A stretch of DNA of 64,000 bases from Macrostomum lignano (lineage: Eukaryota), in assembly GCA_002269645.1 (NCBI GenBank), contig NIVC01000142.1, forward strand, positions 434,001-498,000. Direction: 5' to 3'. Positions within the stretch are counted from its first letter, which is position 1. Each line of letters starts with the position of its first letter. A program made the translations under genes and the position numbers. The notes beneath the pieces were generated by a model. The model saw only the letters and a list, made by a program, of their open reading frames with translations. It ran no database searches and was not told where the DNA came from. This document shows, piece by piece, positions 57,461 through 64,000 of this stretch.

Positions 57461-59032
57461 CTACCATGCCCGCTGTTGTAAAAGTTGTCGGGCAGCAGCT
57501 GACGGCCTGAACCTGGCTCTGCGGCTCAGCTGCTCGCTCTGAGCGGTCGACGCCGCTGATGACATTCTAAAGCTACTGCTCCCGGTGTCGTCACCGTCTG
57601 CAGGGATTTGACGACCGCCGTAATTGGACCGCTGCCGCCTGCTGCTCCTGATTCGTCTGCGTCCATTGCACAGTGCAGCATCTGCTGTTTTACCGCTGCC
57701 GCTGCCGCCGCTGCTCAGCTTGCAGATCTCCGGCGTTTTCAATCGGCCCAGCCGGCCAAGTCGGCGATCCGCTACTGTGGTGACTGTGGGAACAGCTGAC
57801 GGCCTGCCGGCTTGCGCTAGCAGCCTTTCGTACTGCAGTCTGCAGCTCTTCGCCTTCATTGGGTTAGTAGACTGCTCGGCAGTGACGACAGTCTGCAGCT
57901 GGTCCTGATCGGAGCTCAAGACATCCTCCAATTCGTCATCGCTGGCATATTGGTGTTCGTATCGCGGCCGCCGTTGCTGCTGCTGCTGCTGCTGCTGCTG
58001 TTGCTCCTCCTGCTGCTGCTGCTGTTTTCGCCTTTCCTGTCGTCGCCGCGTTCTCTCATGCTGCAGTACCAGTTGCTGCTGCTGCTGCTGTTGCTGCTGT
58101 TGCTGGTGAACAGATTCAAAATTACTGCATTGCTGTTCATCGTACGAGGCTAGGCCAGTTGAGCTCCTTTGAAAAATGCATGCAGTCGAGTTTTTTTTTA
58201 ATTTTCAGTTTCCCTTCCAGATCCTTCAGGTGGGTCTGTATTCCTTCCAGATCCTTCAGGTGGGTCTGTTTCCTTTTCAGATCCCTCAGATGGGTCTGTA
58301 TTCCTTCCAGATCCTTCAGGTGGGTCTGTATTCCTTCCAGATCCTTCAGGTGGGTCTGTATTCCTTCCAGATCCTTCAGGTGGGTCTGTATTGCTTCCAG
58401 ATTTTCCAGGTTGGGTTTGTTTCCCTTTGAGATCCCAGGTGTATCTGTTTCCCTTCCCGATTCTTAAGGTGGGTCTTTTCGAATAGTTACTGTGGGGCAG
58501 CTTCCATCCCAGGTTCTTTTAGTGGGTCAGCATCATTTTCATATCTTTCAGCTTTAGGTTCCACCCTCGTCTCCATGTCATTCACGTGAGTCTCCACAAT
58601 GTTTAGGATTGAGGCCAATAAAAGATATTTAGTCCAGCAGTACCTGGAGGACGCTAGCGGTTGTTGCTGCTGCTGAACAAGCTGTCGAATTGATGTTGGC
58701 GTCACCTGCACGCCGTCTGCTGAGTACTGCGCCAAGCACTGCTGGCACTGCCAGCCCGCCGGCGGCCGAGCTGCTGGCATCGTCGGACTCTGCTGCTGCT
58801 CAGAGCAACATGCAATCTCAGAGCAGTCGCCTTCACCATCGTGCCCGGCTCGGCTCGCCAAGCTTTGATCCCGGATGTCGCTGCAGTCCGCCGTTAGGCG
58901 CCGAGGCGTCCATCGGCATCGGCTCTGATTGGCATAGATCGAACATCCGGCAGCGTGGTCGTCGTCGACCTCTTCGTTCGCTGTCGCCGTTTCGCCGGAC
59001 TGAGTGCCGCAGGCCGACGCGTGGTTGATCAT
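57461..59032 (-). CDS. Uncharacterised low-complexity/polyQ protein, at least two coding exons; ends uncertain
   Basis: Exon ~59032-58644 (donor CCAG|GTACTG) joins in phase to an exon starting at 58166 (acceptor TTTCAAAG), giving a polyQ/Arg-rich frame continuous with ORF 57461..57931; GC-rich codons. No family recognised. Confidence 0.45.
58213..58410. repeat. 30-bp minisatellite (TCCTTCCAGATCCTTCAGGTGGGTCTGTAT)n
   Basis: About 7 copies in the putative intron. Confidence 0.92.
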
Positions 59033-59235
59033 CCTGACTGGGCTCGGCTGGACCTGACAGTTGGCGTTGGAGACTGCGGTGGAGGTCAGGGGGCGCCATC
59101 AAGATTCTTAATTCAGCGTCATGATTCATTATTTATAGTAACCTGGAATCGATCGATAACTGTTACTATCCGCAATGTTAAATTGAGCTATATAGACAGG
59201 CCTCCTCACCTGTCAGCTTTACCTTCCAAACATTC

Positions 59236-59815
59236 ATCCGAATCGATCCCCCTGCCCCATCTGTCCACTTCCCCCCTACCCAATCTGTCCACTTCCCCCA
59301 ACCCACCTGTCCACTTCCCCCCAACCCACCCACCTGTCCACTTCCCCCCAACCCACCTGTCCACTTCCCCCCAACCCACCTGTCCACTTCCCCCCAACCC
59401 ACCTGTCCACTTCCCCCAACCCACCTGTCCACTTCCCCCAACCCACCTGTCCACTTCCCCCTAACCCACCTGTCCACTTCCCCCTACCCACCTGTCCACT
59501 TCCCCCTACCCACCTGTCCACTTCCCCCTACCCACCTGTCCACTCCCCCCAACCCACCTGTCCACTTCCCCCTACCCACCTGTCCACTTCCCAATACCCA
59601 CCTGTCCACTCCCCCTACCCACCTGTCCACTTCCCAATACCCACCTGTCCACTCCCCCTACCCAATCCGTCCACTTCCCCCTACCCACCTGTCCACTTCC
59701 CAATACCCACCTGTCAACTCCCCCTACCCAATCTGTCCACTCCCTCTACCCACCTGTCCACTCCCCCTGTACCTAATCCGTCTACTCCCCCTACCCACCT
59801 GTCCACTATCACCTG
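59236..59815 (-). repeat. ~22-bp minisatellite containing GACAG|GTGGGT on the minus strand
   Basis: (CCACCTGTCCACTTCCCCCAAC) about 26 copies, degenerating rightwards. Confidence 0.95.
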
Positions 59816-60074
59816 TTCACTAAGAAAATATTATGCAAGGCTGTTTTTTCTTCATTTTTCTTCAGTCATTCATTCGTTGCCTTTATTGCAACTGGAAGCT
59901 ACACGAAATATAATACTGCTATAGTGCGGATCGCTGTAAATCTTACGAGAACTCATAGAAAGCGCCCAGCTACCTCAGGCCCTGCATATACAAAGTTGCA
60001 GGAAGCCTGATGTAACGCCTTAGGCGATATCGTCCTACAACCAGCGCTGGGGTAATTGTGTCCATTTCGAGCTT

Positions 60075-62412
60075 ATGAAGTTTCGACGTTGTGAAAGTGG
60101 CTGCTATTCAAGTTTTCAATGTTGTGAAATTTCGACCTTGTGAAATTTCGATCTTGTGAAAGTAGTTGCTATTTGAGTTTTCGATGTTGTGAAGTTTCGA
60201 CCTTGTGAAGTTTCGACCTTGTGAAAGTGGTTGCTATTCAAGTTTTCGATGTTGTGAAGTTTCGACCTTATGAAAGTGGCTGCTATTCAAGTTTTCGATG
60301 TTGTGAAGTTTCGACCTTATGAAAGTGGCTGCTATTCAAGTTTTCGATGTTGTGAAATTTCGACCTTGTGAAATTTCGATCTTGTGAAAGTGGTTGCTAT
60401 TTGAGTTTTCGATGTTGTGAAGTTTCGACCTTGTGAAGTTTCGACCTTGTGAAAGTGGTTGCTATTCAAGTTTTCGATGTTGTGAAGTTTCGACCTTATG
60501 AAAGTGGCTGCTATTCAAGTTTTCGATGTTGTGAAGTTTCGACCTTATGAAAGTGGTTGCTATTCAAGTTTTCGATGTTGTGAAGTTTCGACCTTATGAA
60601 AGTGGTTGCTATTCAAGTTTTCGATGTTGTGAAGTTTCGACCTTGTGAAAGTGGTTGCTTTCAAGTTTTATTTGAGTTTCGATTATGAAAGTGGCTGCTA
60701 TTCAAGTTTTCGATGTGTGAAGTTTCGACCTTATGAAAGTGGCTGCTATTCAAGTTTTCGATGTTGTGAAGTTTCGACCTTATGAAAGTGGCTGCTATTC
60801 AAGTTTTCGATGTTGTGAAGTTTCGACCTTATGAAAGTGGCTGCTATTCAAGTTTTCGATGTTGTGAAGTTTCGACCTTATGAAAGTGGCTGCTATTCAA
60901 GTTTTCGATGTTGTGAAGTTTCGACCTTATGAAAGTGGTGCTATTCAAGTTTTCGATGTTGTGAAGTTTCGACCTTATGAAAGTGGTTGCTATTCAAGTT
61001 TTCGATGTTGTGAAGTTTCGACCTTATGAAAGTGGCTGCTATTCAAGTTTTCGATGTTGTGAAGTTTCGACCTTATGAAAGTGGTTGCTATTCAAGTTTT
61101 CGATGTTGTGAAGTTTCGACCTTGTGAAATTTCGATCTTGTGAAAGTAGTTGCTATTTGAGTTTTCGATGTTGTGAAGTTTCGACCTTGTGAAAGTGGTT
61201 GCTATTCAAGTTTTCGATGTTGTGAAGTTTCGACCTTATGAAAGTGGCTGCTATTCAAGTTTTCGATGTTGTGAAGTTTCGACCTTATGAAAGTGGCTGC
61301 TATTCAAGTTTTCGATGTTGTGAAGTTTCGACCTTATGAAAGTGGTTGCTATTCAAGTTTTCGATGTTGTGAAGTTTCGACCTTATGAAAGTGGCTGCTA
61401 TTCAAGTTTTCGATGTTGTGAAGTTTCGACCTTATGAAAGTGGCTGCTATTCAAGTTTTCGATGTTGTGAAGTTTCGACCTTATGAAAGTGGCTGCTATT
61501 CAAGTTTTCGATGTTGTGAAGTTTCGACCTTATGAAAGTGGTTGCTATTCAAGTTTTCGATGTTGTGAAGTTTCGACCTTATGAAAGTGGTTGCTATTCA
61601 AGTTTTCGATGTTGTGAAGTTTCGACCTTATGAAAGTGGTTGCTATTCAAGTTTTCGATGTTGTGAAGTTTCGACCTTATGAAAGTGGTTGCTATTCAAG
61701 TTTTCGATGTTGTGAAGTTTCGACCTTATGAAAGTGGTTGCTATTCAAGTTTTCGATGTTGTGAAGTTTCGACCTTGTGAAAGTGGTTGCTATTCAAGTT
61801 TTCGATGTTGTGAAGTTTCGACCTTATGAAAGTGGTTGCTATTCAAGTTTTCGATGTTGTGAAGTTTCGACCTTATGAAAGTGGTTGCTATTCAAGTTTT
61901 CGATGTTGTGAAGTTTCGACCTTATGAAAGTGGTTGCTATTCAAGTTTTCGATGTTGTGAAGTTTCGACCTTATGAAAGTGGTTGCTATTCAAGTTTTCG
62001 ATGTTGTGAAGTTTCGACCTTGTGAAAGTGGTTGCTATTCAAGTTTTCGATGTTGTGAAGTTTCGACCTTATGAAAGTGGTTGCTATTCAAGTTTTCGAT
62101 GTTGTGAAGTTTCGACCTTATGAAAGTGGTTGCTATTCAAGTTTTCGATGTTGTGAAGTTTCGACCTTGTGAAAGTGGTTGCTATTCAAGTTTTCGATGT
62201 TGTGAAGTTTCGACCTTGTGAAAGTGGTTGCTATTCAAGTTTTCGATGTTGTGAAGTTTCGACCTTATGAAAGTGGTTGCTATTCAAGTTTTCGAGGTTG
62301 TGAAGTTTCGACCTTGTGAAAGTGGTTGCTATTTGAGTTTTCGATGTTGTGAAGTTTCGACATTGTGAAATTTCGATCTTGTCAAAGGAGGTGCTTTCGA
62401 CGTTGTGAAACT
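60075..62412. repeat. 49-bp satellite (GAAAGTGGTTGCTATTCAAGTTTTCGATGTTGTGAAGTTTCGACCTTAT)n
   Basis: About 47 copies with internal 16-17-bp subrepeats. Confidence 0.97.
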
Positions 62413-62439
62413 TCGAGTTTGTGAACCCCCCCCCCCTCC

Positions 62440-62670
62440 TGAGCACATACAAGCGCGCCGATACTGTACGCAAGCATGTACTCATGTACTTATACAGGCA
62501 TTGTACACTCTATGTGCCTTGGGTGGGGGGATTGACCCTCATGGCTGTGAATCCGCACGGCCCCTGGCCGATATTTTGTGCACAAACTCCAAATGAATGT
62601 GACCTGTACACGGAATCGAACCAGGGCTCGTGGATTAGCGGCTTACACAGTCCGGACGGGTGACTCGGAG
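62440..62670 (-). mobile_element. tRNA-derived SINE (same family as 22410-22760)
   Basis: Minus strand CCCTGGTTCGATTCCG (B box)...TGCACAAAA...ACAGCCA...GCGTACAGTATCGGCGCGCTTGTATGTGCTCAGGAG. Confidence 0.7.
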
Positions 62671-63232
62671 CGCGAACTGGCTGGCACTGCCTTGTTGACC
62701 TGTCGCTCAAAGCTGCAAAAGCGGTCCTGTTGCCGGCGTAGCAGCTCATGGACTCAGCCGAACCGGTGGCGAAAAATTCCTGCCGCTGAATTGCCTGCCG
62801 TCGACCGCCGCTTTTTCGACGTTTCTGGTGTCGCAGGCGACGCTCGCTAGGGAAATAATGCGACAGGCTGGAGTCCTGCGACACGGCGTCCGACGCGCAG
62901 CTGCGAATGTCGTCCGAGACAACCGAGCAGTCATCCGAGGCTCGCAGGTCTGCCGCTTGCGCGTCTGGGTTATGCAGAGGGTTTTGGGGTGACAACTGAG
63001 GACTGCATGTACTTTGTACTAATTTGTTTCTTAGAAAATCATTAACAGTTTAACACTGGCTTTACGCGAATAACAGAGGCAGATTCATACCTGTGTGTGC
63101 CAACCTCCAGGGCACCGAGCCTGTACATGCCTTACGATTAGAATGTCAGGGCGGCTTGTGAGCCTGTGTACATGTACTGTATAGATGCCTGAATGTGTAC
63201 CGGTATTGGCGCGCTTGTACTATATGTGCTCA

Positions 63233-63710
63233 CAGGGGCGTCGCCATGGATTTTATGGTGGGGGGGGGACAAAGCCTACAATTCAACATGTACATGTACA
63301 TGAGAAAATTCCTACATGTACATTATTTTTAGAATCGTGTTGTCAGCACTCATTTTGACGCCGCAGGCACTCATTTTAGCGCCGCAGGCACTCATTTCGG
63401 CGCCGCAGGCACTCATTTTGGCGCCGAAGGCACTAATTTTGGCGCCGCATGGCACTCATTTTGGCGCCCCAGGCACTTGTTTTTGGCGCCGAAGGCATTC
63501 ATTTTGGCGCCCCAGGCACTCAATTTGACGCCACAAGCACTCATTTTAGCGCCGAAGGCGCTATATTTTGGTGCCGTGAAGAAAAATTATTGATTACCAC
63601 AATGGAGTCACAAGGTGGGGTGGGGGGGACAATAAAGCATGGGCATGCCCCCCATAGCTTTTACTGGGGGGGGCATGTCCCCCCTTTCCTCCCCAGTGGC
63701 AACGCGCCTG
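63233..63710. mobile_element. hAT-type MITE inserted into a SINE
   Basis: TIRs CAGGGGCGTCGCCA / CAGGCGCGTTGCCA; perfect 8-bp TSD TGTGCTCA (63225-63232 and 63711-63718), which duplicates part of the SINE body. Confidence 0.88.
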
Positions 63711-64000
63711 TGTGCTCAGGAGTCAGCGCGGAATGGGAAAATTGCCTTAGAGCTGGTTGTAGAACGATGCATCGCCGATGGCGATGGCACTGCGCCGTGA
63801 TGGTGCCCACAACCCTTCTATAGTTCTGCGATTACTTAGTTGACGAGATCTGATCGATTAAATATCCAAAATGTTTAGCTATCAATTTTTGCCAGGGGTG
63901 CCTTTGTGGTGGTCGTGAACAAAACCGGAACCTGCATGCATGGGTACTTTTTTGCGAGACGACTAAAAGTCCGAACCACATCAACCGCTGAGCTACCCTG

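Overview
Eukaryotic, repeat-rich metazoan DNA: GC-rich exons, GT-AG introns, histone stem-loops and about 20 minisatellites. By inference it is a free-living flatworm of the Macrostomum type, which cannot be proven from the sequence alone. In order, the window holds: a 5'-truncated Penelope-like RT fragment (1-625, minus); a single-exon two-TM PY-motif gene; SINE/MITE/LTR-like debris containing an orphan histone stem-loop; and a complete, very young 10.4-kb Ty3/Gypsy element (6606-16987, minus; near-identical 1-kb LTRs, TAAG TSD, -1 frameshift signal, extra non-env 3' ORF). Next come a NAP1 gene (with an alternative first exon and micro-exons) that hosts a same-strand kainate-type glutamate receptor gene in one intron, and ANAPC4 (with a solo LTR in intron 3) tail-to-tail with SARNP and eIF3f. 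The right end has a variant H3 and an H2A gene with two more orphan stem-loops, an uncharacterised polyQ gene and a 49-bp satellite. The most unusual patterns are: (i) minisatellites built from tandem copies of real splice donors or of acceptor-like units; (ii) two mirror-image candidate operons (NAP1>ANAPC4 and eIF3f>SARNP); (iii) an eIF3f with no genomic start codon that would be completed by a flatworm spliced-leader AUG; (iv) the Gypsy accessory ORF; (v) the same-strand nested iGluR. All gene models were made by eye and need RNA confirmation.
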